The translations under genes were made by a program, and so were the position numbers. The notes under the pieces were generated by a model that searched no databases, was not told the DNA's origin, and saw only the letters and a list, made by a program, of their open reading frames with translations. Shown here one piece after another: positions 16,406-26,360 of a DNA stretch of 28,969 nt; position 1 is the stretch's first letter; each line of letters begins with the position of its first letter. The stretch lies in NCBI GenBank assembly GCA_964443915.1, contig CAYUFW010000069.1, forward strand, positions 1 through 28,969, in the 5' to 3' direction. Origin of the DNA: an uncultured Pirellulaceae bacterium (GTDB taxonomy: Bacteria > Planctomycetota > Planctomycetia > Pirellulales > Pirellulaceae).

Positions 16406-17311
16406 TCACTCCGAGGAGAAGAGGGCTCCGCGCGCGGTCTGGGAGATGGCGAGGACGGCCGGGTGCTTCAGGCGGCGTTCCACGGTAATGGCGTAGCACT
16501 GAAAACGGATGTCCTCAATCCGTCCGACGGGTGCCACTTGATATTGGCGACGGATCTCGGCGTCGATCGCTGTCGGGCCGACAAACAGGCCCATCCCCGC
16601 CTGGCCGAAGGCCTTCATCAGCCCGCTGTCCTCGAATTCGCCGGCAATTCGCGGACGCAGGTCGAGCGCGTCGAACCACCGTTCCAGGTCTCGCCGCAGC
16701 GCCGTGCCCAACGTCGGCAACAGCCACGGCGCTCCGGTCAGCGACTGCGGAAATCCGCGGCGGTAGCGATCCGCCAGTTCGGCTGTTCCGTAGACCGACA
16801 CGCCGCACGATCCCAACAGATGGTTGAAGGCCCGGACGCGCGTCTGCGCGCCGACCGGCGCCTCGGACAGGACCACATCCAAGTTGAACAGGGCCAGGTC
16901 CGCCAGCAGCGAATCCAACGTCCCTTCGTGACAGACCAACTCGATCGGTTCCTCCAAGCGGCAGGCCGGCTCCAGCAGTCGGTAAACGACCAGCTTGGGA
17001 AGGACGTCCGCGACGCCGACGGCGAACCGCAACGGCCGGCCGGTGGACCGGCCCTTCATGGCTTCCACCATCTCCCGGCCGATCGTGAAGATCTCGTCCG
17101 CGTACCGAAACAACACGCGGCCCTCTTCCGTCAGTTCCAGGCCCCTGCCGACGCGACGAAACAGCTTGCAGCGCAGCGATTTCTCGAACTTGGCCAACTG
17201 GCCGCTGATCGTCGGCTGCGACAACTGCAATTCCTCGCAAGCGCGCACCACACTGCCCTCACGCGCGACAACCCAAAAATACAGGAGGTGATGGTAGTTG
17301 ATCCACTCCAT
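16406..17311 (-). CDS. LysR-family transcriptional regulator (NhaR-like N-terminus)
   Basis: MEWINYHHLLYFWVVAREGSVVRACEELQLSQPTISGQLAKFEKSL is a typical LysR HTH, followed by a substrate-binding domain. The start is ATG 17311; the ORF is open to 17365. Confidence 0.85.
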   Translation of the reverse strand: MEWINYHHLLYFWVVAREGSVVRACEELQLSQPTISGQLAKFEKSLRCKLFRRVGRGLELTEEGRVLFRYADEIFTIGREMVEAMKGRSTGRPLRFAVGVADVLPKLVVYRLLEPACRLEEPIELVCHEGTLDSLLADLALFNLDVVLSEAPVGAQTRVRAFNHLLGSCGVSVYGTAELADRYRRGFPQSLTGAPWLLPTLGTALRRDLERWFDALDLRPRIAGEFEDSGLMKAFGQAGMGLFVGPTAIDAEIRRQYQVAPVGRIEDIRFQCYAITVERRLKHPAVLAISQTARGALFSSE

Positions 17312-17361
17312 GTCGCGGCTCCTGGTCTCGGCTCCTGGGGACGGCGAATCGGGGGTCTGCC

Positions 17362-18339
17362 TCACAGCGGCGCGGGAAGATCACGGACGCGGAACACCAC
17401 CGTCGCGCCGGCGTAAGCGGCCACTCCCAGGCCGATCAGAATCAAATTGTAGCCCAGGGGCCCCAAGGTCCAGACTCCCTGCGGATCGTTCGTCCAGACC
17501 GCCCACGCCAGTTCCGGGTTGCGGATGGCCACGCTGACGAAGCGTTCCGGCTCGTAGGCCGTAAAGAACGTGCAATGGCGCAGCCAGGCGAGGTGGTCCG
17601 CGGCCCGTCCGACGATCTTCAGGACCATTTCCACAATGTAGAAGCCGACGACCATGCCGATCGTCCGCCCGCGATAGCGGTCGCACGCGGACAACAGCGT
17701 GCTCAAACCGGCCCCGAACAAGCCCAGCGAGAACAGGTTGAAAGCGGCGGGAATGAACCAGGCGGCTTCCACGCGGTCGCGGATCGCCACCCGCTGCATT
17801 TCTTGTTTGGCCAGCGGGTTGGGCAGTTCGACTCCGAACCAAGGGATCGTGACGCTGGCCGCCGGCGCCGGCTCTTCCACGGTCGTGGTTTGGATGCCGG
17901 TGTACACGCCCAGCCAGGCCGCTCCGGCCAACAGCGCGGTGCCCGCCACCGTCACGGCCGATTGCGACCAGATGACCTGCAGCCGGCTGACCGGTTGCGC
18001 CAGCAGCATCTCCATCGTCCCCCGGCCGATTTCTCCACTGATGCAATCCGACCCGCGGGCGATGGCCCACAGCGAGACGCAGAGGATCGCGATCGGTTCA
18101 TCAAAGGCCAGCGCGATGCGGCCCGCGTAGGTGAACAGCTGCTCGAACGGCACGGCCGCAAACCGCTCAAACTCGCGGAACTGTTCCACGATCGTCATGA
18201 ACCGGCTCATCTCGAACTGGCCGACCAGCCAGACGCGCGTCCAGCAGAAGCCGAACAGCGCCGCCATGCAGGCCAGCAACAGCCCCCGCGATTCGGCGGA
18301 GGATTTTTTGATCAGCGTGCGATTCATACGATGTGACAT
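17362..18339 (-). CDS. ABC-2 type transporter permease
   Basis: 325 aa, multi-spanning. It has the characteristic GEIGRGTMEMLLAQPVSR segment. ATG 18339 lies 1 nt after the upstream TAA (18343-18341). Confidence 0.75.
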   Translation of the reverse strand: MSHRMNRTLIKKSSAESRGLLLACMAALFGFCWTRVWLVGQFEMSRFMTIVEQFREFERFAAVPFEQLFTYAGRIALAFDEPIAILCVSLWAIARGSDCISGEIGRGTMEMLLAQPVSRLQVIWSQSAVTVAGTALLAGAAWLGVYTGIQTTTVEEPAPAASVTIPWFGVELPNPLAKQEMQRVAIRDRVEAAWFIPAAFNLFSLGLFGAGLSTLLSACDRYRGRTIGMVVGFYIVEMVLKIVGRAADHLAWLRHCTFFTAYEPERFVSVAIRNPELAWAVWTNDPQGVWTLGPLGYNLILIGLGVAAYAGATVVFRVRDLPAPL

Positions 18340-18340
18340 A

Positions 18341-20779
18341 TTATAGCAGCCCCGCCCGCTTGCGGAGCAGCCATTCGCTGGTAATGAGCACTACGAACAA
18401 ACCTGCCCACAGCGAGGAATTCCAGATCGGCACCGGCGGCAGCGATTCGATGCGTACTTGACGGCCGCGCGGCAGATCGCGGAGCAGACCGCTGGCCTGT
18501 GGGACGGTGTAGAAGCGTCCTTGCGACGTTTTCGCCGCCGCCTGCAAATCGGCGGCATCCATCTCCAAGCGGGCCTGCTCGCCGGGCGGCGCCACCACGG
18601 CAAACCGCTGCGACGGCGGCTGGCCGTCAAGCGCCGGTGCGGCGATCCAAGCCCGGTACTTGCCGTCCGGCAGGTTGCCCGCCAAGCCCTCGAACACGCC
18701 GCGGCTGGCCGCATCGCGGTGCAACGTCAGCTGACGCCGCTGGTTGCCTTCCGATTCCAGCAGCACGGTCACGCCGTCGTCGCTGGACGGGGCCAGCCGG
18801 TCGTCGAAGAACCGCGCCCGCAGCCGGACTGTCTCGCCCCGGCGGTATTCGGTGCGGTCGGCGGTCAGTTCCGCCAGTCGGCCCCCTTCGAGCAGCTTGG
18901 CGCGGCTGAGGTAACGCAGCGTCTGGAGCCAGTACCGCGCGTAGTAGACTTCCCCGCCGGGGTGCCGCGCCCAGCGGTACGTCTCGTCCGACGCGTGGAA
19001 GATCACTTTGCCGGCGCCCACGAATTGCAGCGAGATCATCGGCAGATGCTCGCCGCCGACACCCAGCCGGGAAGGATCCACCGCCAGGACGCGCACGCCG
19101 GGACGCAAATCCGGAGCCGTCAACGACCAGTACCATTCGGGCATCTCCCGCCAGACGGCCAGATTGGCGGGCAGCGAGTCGGCCAGTTGCAGCGGCGGAC
19201 TGGTGATGCCCAGCCGCGTCGGCTGGGGCACGAATCCCTGGTCCAGGACGGCTCCGGGCGTCGGCGCCGCCGCGGTGTCCAGGTTCACGGGCAGCAACGA
19301 CGCCAGGGGCGTGTCGCGGTAGGCCAGCGGCGTGTAGCGCGGCCCGGCCAGCACGACCAGTCCGCCGCCGCGCTGCTCGACAAAGGCCACGATGTTCTCC
19401 ATCACCGAACGGCTCAGAAATGACGGATTGACGTCGCCGAAGATCAACACGTCGTAGGCGAACAGTTCCTCGCGGTTGACGGGGAAGACCCGCGCCGCCG
19501 TCTCGTCCTGTCCGGCGTATTCCAGGTCCGCTTCCTGCAGGACCGTCGTCAACTCCACGGCCTTGTCTTTCGAGTTCGGTTTCAGGCTGCGGTTGAGGAC
19601 CGTCTTCAAGTAGCGGAAGTCGTAGCTGGGATAAGCCTGCACGTACAGCACGCGGAGGGCGTCGTCGCGGACTTTGACGACCCGCGTCTGACGGTTGTTC
19701 TCCGTGTTGACTTCCCCCGGCAGCGGTTCCACCTCGACCACGAACTCGAAATCGCCCTTTTCCTCCGGGCGGTACGACAAACGCACGCTCTGCGGAATGC
19801 CGTCCTGGCCCAGCGTGATCTGTTGCTCGGCGGCCGTTCCGTCCTCCCGGCCCTTGACCGCCAACCGCACGGTGGCCCGCTGCCCGGCGTAGCCCGCCGC
19901 GGTGACCTTGAAATCGAAGTGGACGAGGTCGCCCACGAAGACCACGTCGTCCACCAGCAGATCGGCCAGCCGCACGTCGCGCGGCGGGCGGCTGTTCCCC
20001 AGGCCGACCAGGAACAACGGCACGGCTTTGCGGCGCGCGTCGCCGGCGACCTCCGCGAGCGTCCTGCCTTCCGTGGTCACGCCGTCCGAGAGCACGATCG
20101 CCGCCGCGGTGGGACGGCCGCGCTGGATGGCGAGCACGTCTTGCAGGCACTTGCCCAGACGGCTGGCAGGCTCGTCGGCCGCCAGCCCGCGAATGCTCTG
20201 GACCAACGCGGCGAAACTGCCTGCCTCGGCGCCCGCGCCGCCGGTGCTGCCGGACAAGGCCCGCGCCGAGTTGCCGACGCGATAGATCTTCAGCCGGTAC
20301 CGTTGCTGCAGCTGCCGCAGCAGATCGGCGTCGCGTTCCAGCAAGAGCATCTTGGCGACGTCCAACCGCGAGACCTCGGCCAGCCCGGCGGACTGCAGGC
20401 GGCGCTTCAACTCGGCGTGCTCCTGGGCGTCGCCGGACTCGTCGACCGTCGCCATGCTGCCGGAATCGTCGATCAACAACACCAGGTCGGGCAGGTCGGT
20501 GCGGTGCCGGTGCAGCATCCAGCCGTACAGCAGAAACACGACCAGCACGATCAACAGGATGCGGTGGGCCGCCAAAACGGTTTTTCGCAGCCGCCCGGCG
20601 CGGCCCTGCTCGTGGGCGTAGACCCAGATCACGAAGGCGGCCGCCAGGGCAACGAGCACGATCGCCACGGACGGTCCCCAGGGCCAAGAGTGCGAACGCG
20701 TGATCTCCGTGCCGGGCCTGCCGCGGGCCAGCACAAAATCCCGCAGATCGTTCCAGACTTGAAGCAGGGATTCGATCAT
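18341..20779 (-). CDS. Membrane-anchored VWA-domain protein with a class-I glutamine-amidotransferase-like domain (BatB-like)
   Basis: The start ATG 20779 overlaps the upstream TGA (ATGA). N-terminal TM helices are followed by the VWA MIDAS start LVLLIDDSGSM, a GATase-like block (YDVLIFGDVNP...GGGLVVLAGP) and a C-terminal TM helix. The ORF extension to 21880 is rejected because it lies out of frame over the upstream gene. Confidence 0.75.
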   Translation of the reverse strand: MIESLLQVWNDLRDFVLARGRPGTEITRSHSWPWGPSVAIVLVALAAAFVIWVYAHEQGRAGRLRKTVLAAHRILLIVLVVFLLYGWMLHRHRTDLPDLVLLIDDSGSMATVDESGDAQEHAELKRRLQSAGLAEVSRLDVAKMLLLERDADLLRQLQQRYRLKIYRVGNSARALSGSTGGAGAEAGSFAALVQSIRGLAADEPASRLGKCLQDVLAIQRGRPTAAAIVLSDGVTTEGRTLAEVAGDARRKAVPLFLVGLGNSRPPRDVRLADLLVDDVVFVGDLVHFDFKVTAAGYAGQRATVRLAVKGREDGTAAEQQITLGQDGIPQSVRLSYRPEEKGDFEFVVEVEPLPGEVNTENNRQTRVVKVRDDALRVLYVQAYPSYDFRYLKTVLNRSLKPNSKDKAVELTTVLQEADLEYAGQDETAARVFPVNREELFAYDVLIFGDVNPSFLSRSVMENIVAFVEQRGGGLVVLAGPRYTPLAYRDTPLASLLPVNLDTAAAPTPGAVLDQGFVPQPTRLGITSPPLQLADSLPANLAVWREMPEWYWSLTAPDLRPGVRVLAVDPSRLGVGGEHLPMISLQFVGAGKVIFHASDETYRWARHPGGEVYYARYWLQTLRYLSRAKLLEGGRLAELTADRTEYRRGETVRLRARFFDDRLAPSSDDGVTVLLESEGNQRRQLTLHRDAASRGVFEGLAGNLPDGKYRAWIAAPALDGQPPSQRFAVVAPPGEQARLEMDAADLQAAAKTSQGRFYTVPQASGLLRDLPRGRQVRIESLPPVPIWNSSLWAGLFVVLITSEWLLRKRAGLL

Positions 20780-22956
20780 GCCGACGCGTTTCCAAAGTAC
20801 CAGGCCAGGGCCGTCTCGGTCAGCAGCAGCACCAAGACGATTCCCAGAAAGTAACGGAAGTACTGGGCCGGCTTCGTCGACGGCAGCGGGCCGTCCGCGC
20901 TGTCCGCGTGGAACTCCGGGTCGAGGCCCGGCAGCAGTTCCGGATCGAACCGCTCCAGGTCGCTTTCCCGCGTGCGGAGGTTGACCGCAAATCGTTGCAC
21001 CTCGTCCAGCGGCGGACCGAAGTTGACCGCGTACAGGCCGCTGGCCGTGGTGCCGCCGAAGGACCATGCGCTGATCTCGCCCGTGTGCTGCAACGGCACC
21101 CGCTCGGTCTCGCCGCTGGGCGTCTGGACGGTCAGCGGCGCTCTGGGCGTGGCGCCCAGCAGCGAACCCTCCAGCGGCTCTCCCACCAGCACGTTTCGGG
21201 TGTCGAAGCGGCCGCGGACAGCAAACGCCAGCATCTCCTGCACCAGCGGCGGAAAGCTGGGCCAGGTGGTCAGCGCCGTCCAGGGCGTAGGGGGATCCGT
21301 CGTGCGATCGACGCAATCGGGGCTGACGGCCGTCGTCAACAGAATCGCCCGGCCCCGCCCGACGCGCTGCTCGACGATCGCCGGGTCGCCGTTGTCGAAG
21401 GCCAGTGCCACGCGCGCGGCGGCCGGATCGTAGGGCCGCACCTGCACGTACTTCCAGACCGGCGTCGTCAGCAGTCCGCTCCGCTCGTGACCGGCAAAGG
21501 CCGTCACGATCGGGTGCCGATAGTCCTGAGGTGCGAAGCCGTAGCTGCCCACCGGCGCGAACCGCTCCAGCCGCGCCGGCAGCACGCGCCGGCCGGACGC
21601 TCCCTCGCCCAATTGCTCGTGGTAGTTCTCCGGCTGGACCTGGTCGCCCAGCGTCACCAGCAGTCCGCCGCCGCTGTGGACGTAAGCGTCCAACGCCGCC
21701 GCTTCCTCGCGGCTGAATCGCCCGACGTTGCACAGCACCACGCAGTCGAACCGGCTCAGGTCTTGCTCCAGCAGCGCGTTCTCCAGACGGACCAGCGGCC
21801 GCACTCGCGGCGTCGACGCCCGGCCCGGCTCCAGCGCATAGGCGAAGTGGCGGGCGGCCCCTTCGCGTCCCTCGACGCACAGCACCTCGACCGCCTCCCG
21901 CACCGGGACGCTCAACCAGCGGTGATTGTCGATGGGCAACGCATCGTCACCCAAACGGGCTTCCACCTGGTGCTCGCCCGGCGCGTCGAACGTGTGCGTC
22001 AGCGAGACTGTCGCCCGGCCGTCGGCGGGAACCTCGGCACTCTCGGCCCGCACCTGCCGGCCGTCCACCAGCAGCACGATCCGCCGGCTGGTCCGTTCGC
22101 GAGTGCCGAACGCCTGCACCTCGGCCTCGAACATGACCTCGCGCCCGGCCGTGACCAAGCCGTCCCGCAACTCGAACGCGGTGACCGCCAGGTTGGCCGC
22201 GTCGGTTTGTCCGACGTCGAACAGCGCCAACGAAGCTCTCTCGCCGAGACGGCCGATGCGGCTCCGGCAGTCCGGCGTCGTTGCATCCTCCCAGGTCGTC
22301 CGTCCCAGATCGGTGAAGAAGCAGACCCTGGCCGCCGTCAACCGCGCGTGCCGCCGCTGGACCTCCTGCAACACGTTCTCGATCTCCGCCAGCGTCATCG
22401 GCAGATTGGCGCCGACGTGCCGCACTCGCACGCTGTCGATTTCATCCGCCACATCCCGCGGATCGAAGGCCGGATCGGAGATCGCCACTTGCGGCGGATC
22501 GCCCATCAACACCAGCGTGAAACCATCTCCTTGCCGGCTGTCGCGGACGACCTGCGACGCCAGTTCCTTGGCGCGGTCCAGTCGGCTCTTGTCGCCCGTC
22601 CGGTAGTCCATCGAGTAGGAGACGTCCAAGACCAGCAGATAATGCGTCCGGCCACTCGTCCCCAGCGCAGCGCTCAGCGAGGCAAACAGCGAGAAAACCG
22701 GGTCGGCCAAGGCCGCCGCCAGCAGGACCAGAATCGCCACGCGGACCAACAGCAGGATCAATTGCTCGATCCGGATCCGCCGCGCATTCTTGCGGACCGC
22801 GGCCAACAGGAATTCCATCGCCGCCCAAGCCGTCTGGCGGTACTTCCGCCGGCTGAGCAAATGGATCATAATCGGCACGCCGGCAGCCAGCCCCCACAGC
22901 AACATGGCGGCGTTGGCAAACGGCAGCGATTGAACGAAGGTAGACAGCCAACCCAT
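20776..22956 (-). CDS. BatA-like protein (N-terminal double-transmembrane aerotolerance-regulator domain plus VWA domain)
   Basis: ATG 22956 follows AAGGAA. LLWGLAAGVPIMIHLLSRRKYRQTAW matches the BatA_N pattern. A VWA start (HYLLVLDVSYSMDY) and a C-terminal TM helix follow. Confidence 0.75.
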   Translation of the reverse strand: MGWLSTFVQSLPFANAAMLLWGLAAGVPIMIHLLSRRKYRQTAWAAMEFLLAAVRKNARRIRIEQLILLLVRVAILVLLAAALADPVFSLFASLSAALGTSGRTHYLLVLDVSYSMDYRTGDKSRLDRAKELASQVVRDSRQGDGFTLVLMGDPPQVAISDPAFDPRDVADEIDSVRVRHVGANLPMTLAEIENVLQEVQRRHARLTAARVCFFTDLGRTTWEDATTPDCRSRIGRLGERASLALFDVGQTDAANLAVTAFELRDGLVTAGREVMFEAEVQAFGTRERTSRRIVLLVDGRQVRAESAEVPADGRATVSLTHTFDAPGEHQVEARLGDDALPIDNHRWLSVPVREAVEVLCVEGREGAARHFAYALEPGRASTPRVRPLVRLENALLEQDLSRFDCVVLCNVGRFSREEAAALDAYVHSGGGLLVTLGDQVQPENYHEQLGEGASGRRVLPARLERFAPVGSYGFAPQDYRHPIVTAFAGHERSGLLTTPVWKYVQVRPYDPAAARVALAFDNGDPAIVEQRVGRGRAILLTTAVSPDCVDRTTDPPTPWTALTTWPSFPPLVQEMLAFAVRGRFDTRNVLVGEPLEGSLLGATPRAPLTVQTPSGETERVPLQHTGEISAWSFGGTTASGLYAVNFGPPLDEVQRFAVNLRTRESDLERFDPELLPGLDPEFHADSADGPLPSTKPAQYFRYFLGIVLVLLLTETALAWYFGNASA

Positions 22957-22984
22957 TTCCTTATCATGCACGTTGGCAGCGGAC

Positions 22985-23902
22985 ATGACAACGGTACTGA
23001 ACGGCCCCTCCCGTAGCATGGCCCTCCTGCTGGCCGCCGTCTTGACTTCGACACCCGCGGCGTCTGCCGCGGCAGAAACCCCGTTGCGCTGGAACCTGAG
23101 CCCCGGAACTCGGCTGAACGTCCGGCTGACGCAGACGACGCGCACGGAAACCACGGTCAAGAACACCGTCACGTCGGTCCAAATCGAGTCGGGATGCGAT
23201 CTTCGCTGGGCCGTCGATCGCGTGGATGCGGACGGGACCATGCAGCTGACTCAGACGTTCACACGGCTGTGGCTGAAGACGGTCTCGCCGGACGGGCAAA
23301 CCAGCGCCTACGACTCCGCGTCAGCCCAGGAACCGGCTGCAGAAGCGAGAGCGATCGCCGACGCCGTGCGTGCGTTGGTGCGCGTCAGGATCGGCATGAG
23401 CCTGTCACGCCGCGGCGAAATTCTCGACGTGCGGCGTTCCGCGGAAATGGACAGCCTGTTGGGCAACTTGCCCGCCCTGAGCGGCTGGAGAGCCTTGCTG
23501 ACTAAGGAAGGCATGGGCCGCACGCTGCACCAGGCCTTGGGCACCCTGCCGGAAGCCCCGGTCAAGGCGGGCGACCAGTGGACCGCGACGCGCGAAATGG
23601 ATACGCCGTTGGGCAAGATCGTGGCGACAGACACGTATACCTACGAAGGCCCGGCTCGCGACGGACAGCGCACACTGGACAGGATTCGCGTCACGACGGC
23701 TCTGACACCGGCCGCCGCTGCGGTACCGGAAAAGCTCCCGCGTCAGCAGCTCGAGGGCGTCTACCTGTTTGACGCCGCGGCGGGCCTGCTCGCCGAATCC
23801 CGCCTGACGCAAACGCTCCTGGCCGAAGTGTCCTATACCGGCGGCACGATCCAGGCTAAAACGACCTCGAACCTCGGGACCCAACTGACGCAAGCCAACT
23901 GA
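22985..23902 (+). CDS. Secreted hypothetical protein
   Basis: Signal-peptide-like N-terminus MTTVLNGPSRSMALLLAAVLTSTPAASA|AAE. The remainder looks beta-rich and I cannot confirm a family. Alternative starts are TTG 22973 and ATG 23018. Confidence 0.6.
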   Translation: MTTVLNGPSRSMALLLAAVLTSTPAASAAAETPLRWNLSPGTRLNVRLTQTTRTETTVKNTVTSVQIESGCDLRWAVDRVDADGTMQLTQTFTRLWLKTVSPDGQTSAYDSASAQEPAAEARAIADAVRALVRVRIGMSLSRRGEILDVRRSAEMDSLLGNLPALSGWRALLTKEGMGRTLHQALGTLPEAPVKAGDQWTATREMDTPLGKIVATDTYTYEGPARDGQRTLDRIRVTTALTPAAAAVPEKLPRQQLEGVYLFDAAAGLLAESRLTQTLLAEVSYTGGTIQAKTTSNLGTQLTQAN

Positions 23903-23916
23903 AAAAAGGACAGACC

Positions 23917-25332
23917 ATGCGATTGCCACCGTTGCAGCACCTGCTGCCCGCGTTCTCCTGCCGGCTACTTCGATCGTGCCTCTGCATCCTGGCTGTCATC
24001 GCGAGCGGATTGGCGAACGACGTTCGCGGTGCCCATGCGGATTGGAGAGCCGGCGTCGCCAAGGCGATCATCACGCCGGAGAAATCCGTCTGGCTAGCCG
24101 GTTACGGGAGCAAACGCGCGCCGGACGGGAAGCTGCACGAACTGTGGATGAAGGCGCTGGCACTGGAGGATGCCGAAGGCCGCCGTGTCGTGCTGATCAC
24201 CAGCGACTTTGAAGGCGTCCCGTGCTCGATGAGCGACCGCGTGTTCGTGCAGTTGCAGAAGCAATTCCAGCTCCAGCGGCAACACGTGATGTTCACGTTT
24301 TCGCACAACCACTGCGGGCCGCGGCTGGGTGACGATCTGGTGGACTACTATCCCGTCGACGCGGAACAGGTCGAGCTGGTTGAGGAGTACACCGACCTGA
24401 TGGTGACGAAGACCGTCGCGCTGGTCGGTGAAGCGCTCGCGCAACTCGCGCCCGCCCGCCTCCAATTCGGCGAGGGCAAGACGACGTTCGCCGTCAATCG
24501 CCGCGACAATCGCGAGGCCGAGGTGCCGGAACTGCGGGCCAAGGGACTGCCGCTCAAGGGCGTCGTCGACCATGCGGTGCCCGTGCTGACCGTGACCCGG
24601 CCGGACGGAACGCTCGCCGCGGTCCTCTTCGGCTACGCCTGCCATCCGACGACGCTCAGCTTCATGACCTGGTGCGGTGACTACCCGGGCTTCGCGCAGC
24701 TGGAAATCGAGCAGAACCATCCGGGCGCGGCCGCCATGTTCGTCAACACGTGCGGCGGGGACCAGAACCCGATCCCGCGCCGCGAGCTTGAGTTCTGTCA
24801 GCGCTATGGCCACATGCTGGCGGTTGCCGTCGAGGACGTCCTGAAGCAGCCGCTCCAGCCGGTCTCGCCGGGCCTGCGCACCGCGTTCGCGATGATCGAT
24901 CTTCCGTACCTCTCCGTCGTCTCGCGCGAGGAGTTGACCGGCCTGCTCAAGGACACGAATGCCCTCCGCGCCCGCTGGGCTGCCCGGCTGCTGAAGGAAC
25001 TCGACGCCGGCAAGAAGTTCGAGTCCGCCTATCGGTATCCCCTCCATGCCTGGCGGCTGGGGAACGAGTTGCTGATCGTCGGCCTGGGAGCGGAGGCGGT
25101 CGTGGATTACTCGCTGCGTTTCAAACGCGAGTTCGGTCCGGGCACCTGGGTCTGCGGTTATGCCGACGACCAGATCGCCTACATCCCCTCGCGGCGCGTG
25201 TGGGAAGAAGGCGGCTACGAAGGAGGTTCCAGCCTGTACGAGTACGGCCGCCCCGCCTTCCGTTGGTCCGGCGATGTCGAAGACCGGATCGTCACCGCCG
25301 TTCACAAGTTGGTGAAACAGGTCCGCGACTGA
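23917..25332 (+). CDS. Neutral/alkaline ceramidase-like N-terminal-domain protein, secreted
   Basis: 471 aa. ATG 23917 follows AAAGGA. A signal-like N-terminus is followed by AGVAKAIITPEKSVWLAGYGSKRAPDGKLHELWMKALAL...FSHNHCGP, the pattern typical of this family. Confidence 0.65.
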   Translation: MRLPPLQHLLPAFSCRLLRSCLCILAVIASGLANDVRGAHADWRAGVAKAIITPEKSVWLAGYGSKRAPDGKLHELWMKALALEDAEGRRVVLITSDFEGVPCSMSDRVFVQLQKQFQLQRQHVMFTFSHNHCGPRLGDDLVDYYPVDAEQVELVEEYTDLMVTKTVALVGEALAQLAPARLQFGEGKTTFAVNRRDNREAEVPELRAKGLPLKGVVDHAVPVLTVTRPDGTLAAVLFGYACHPTTLSFMTWCGDYPGFAQLEIEQNHPGAAAMFVNTCGGDQNPIPRRELEFCQRYGHMLAVAVEDVLKQPLQPVSPGLRTAFAMIDLPYLSVVSREELTGLLKDTNALRARWAARLLKELDAGKKFESAYRYPLHAWRLGNELLIVGLGAEAVVDYSLRFKREFGPGTWVCGYADDQIAYIPSRRVWEEGGYEGGSSLYEYGRPAFRWSGDVEDRIVTAVHKLVKQVRD

Positions 25333-25450
25333 CCCGACTTGCCGCGGCGTTTGAGCTGGCCCCACAGGCACGTCTGCCGAAGGGACACAGAAGATCGAGA
25401 GGACCTGGCGTCGAACTTCCTAGTGCTTGGAGTCGGAGAAATTGGGTGGG

Positions 25451-25479
25451 TTGCTTTAACGTTGCGAGAATGCAATAAT
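25451..25479 (+). promoter_or_regulatory. Sigma70-like promoter with an extended -10, upstream of the low-GC three-gene island
   Basis: TTGCTT (25451-25456), a 17-nt spacer, then TGc-AATAAT (25471-25479), about 30 nt upstream of GGAGGAG and ATG 25510. Confidence 0.35.
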
Positions 25480-25509
25480 TAACCATCGGCGAGGCGTTTG
25501 GAGGAGTCA

Positions 25510-26358
25510 ATGCTGCGAGAAAACGAGGATCGGGTTTGCGCGTTCTTCGCCGTCGATTATGACTGGCGACTTGGCGCGCGGCTGTCCGCGGCTGTGGATG
25601 CCGTCTGTCGGAAACGGGAACCGGCTCGCGTCGCGATGGGGAGTTCGGTCCACGACTTCCAGTGGCCGGACGCTCGCCAGCGATTGCTTGTCACTCCGAC
25701 GCGAATCGGCGTTGAAACACTTGGCCTCGCAGCATGGCTCAACGATGTTGACCTGCACCTCGCCGTTGTTAACGAAGCACTCAGAGCGCTGGAGATCTCT
25801 GTCCTGAAGCGGGTGGGGTTCAAGGTCATCGCTTTCCTTCCGCTGCAGATGACTCAAGCCGAAGCTATCGACCTGATGTTTGGGAGTTTTTTGGCTGGAA
25901 GAGAATTGCTCTCTTCGGTCTTTGGCCCACGAGTTGATCCGCTCCTTCACGTCGAGGCGGAGCTTTCTGGATTCAAGTACGCGTTGGACCTGACGACCGT
26001 GAATACCGAACAGGCGTCGCGCTGGTTCCTGAGTCTGCCCAATCTTGACAAGATGACCAGCCATAGGGTGCTTGACCCAGGCATAAGAGCGTTTCACGAT
26101 CGTGTAGCACAGGACGACAGTTTCCTTTTCGACATCGATGCGTGGAAAAACGATTTTGAGCCATCGAAGCTAAAGGAATTCGCGACATCGGCCTTTGATA
26201 CTGCTGACGAGCTTGCCAAGAAGTGTCTTCAGCACCTACGGTCTCAGCCCGATTCGCCGTTCGGACAACTCGTCGATGCCATGCTTGCTGAACGTGGGAT
26301 CGCGGGCGCACGTATTCCGTCATATCCGCCACTCAAGACTAGAAAGCCGGGTGGATAG
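25510..26358 (+). CDS. Hypothetical protein (282 aa), first gene of the low-GC island
   Basis: ATG 25510 follows GGAGGAG. No catalytic motif is recognised. The overall layout faintly recalls the uncharacterised TIGR04255 family (…ISVLKRVGFKVIAF…), but this is unverified. Confidence 0.55.
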   Translation: MLRENEDRVCAFFAVDYDWRLGARLSAAVDAVCRKREPARVAMGSSVHDFQWPDARQRLLVTPTRIGVETLGLAAWLNDVDLHLAVVNEALRALEISVLKRVGFKVIAFLPLQMTQAEAIDLMFGSFLAGRELLSSVFGPRVDPLLHVEAELSGFKYALDLTTVNTEQASRWFLSLPNLDKMTSHRVLDPGIRAFHDRVAQDDSFLFDIDAWKNDFEPSKLKEFATSAFDTADELAKKCLQHLRSQPDSPFGQLVDAMLAERGIAGARIPSYPPLKTRKPGG

Positions 26359-26360
26359 TC

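Noticed and set aside
16283-17416. 377-aa plus-strand ORF across the LysR gene
   Set aside because: It is antisense to an unmistakable LysR-family HTH protein and has a low-complexity composition.
20780-21880. N-terminal 367-codon extension of ORF 18341-21880
   Set aside because: The extension runs out of frame over the 3' part of the BatA-like gene and is Arg/Gly/Ala/Pro junk. The ATGA-coupled ATG at 20779, followed by TM helices, is the credible start.
22957-22984. Only 28 bp between the divergent starts of the BatA-like gene and the secreted-protein gene
   Set aside because: This most likely reflects start-codon uncertainty (plus-strand alternatives at 22973, 22985 and 23018; minus-strand alternative at 22986) rather than a special regulatory architecture.
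18627-25371. Long antisense or alternative-frame ORFs (18627-20795 minus, 20908-23016 plus, 19823-20854 plus, 24094-25371 minus, 18458-19423 plus)
   Set aside because: All have low-complexity Arg/Gly/Pro/Ala-rich translations and overlap genes that carry recognisable TM, VWA or ceramidase-like features. They are artefacts of high GC.
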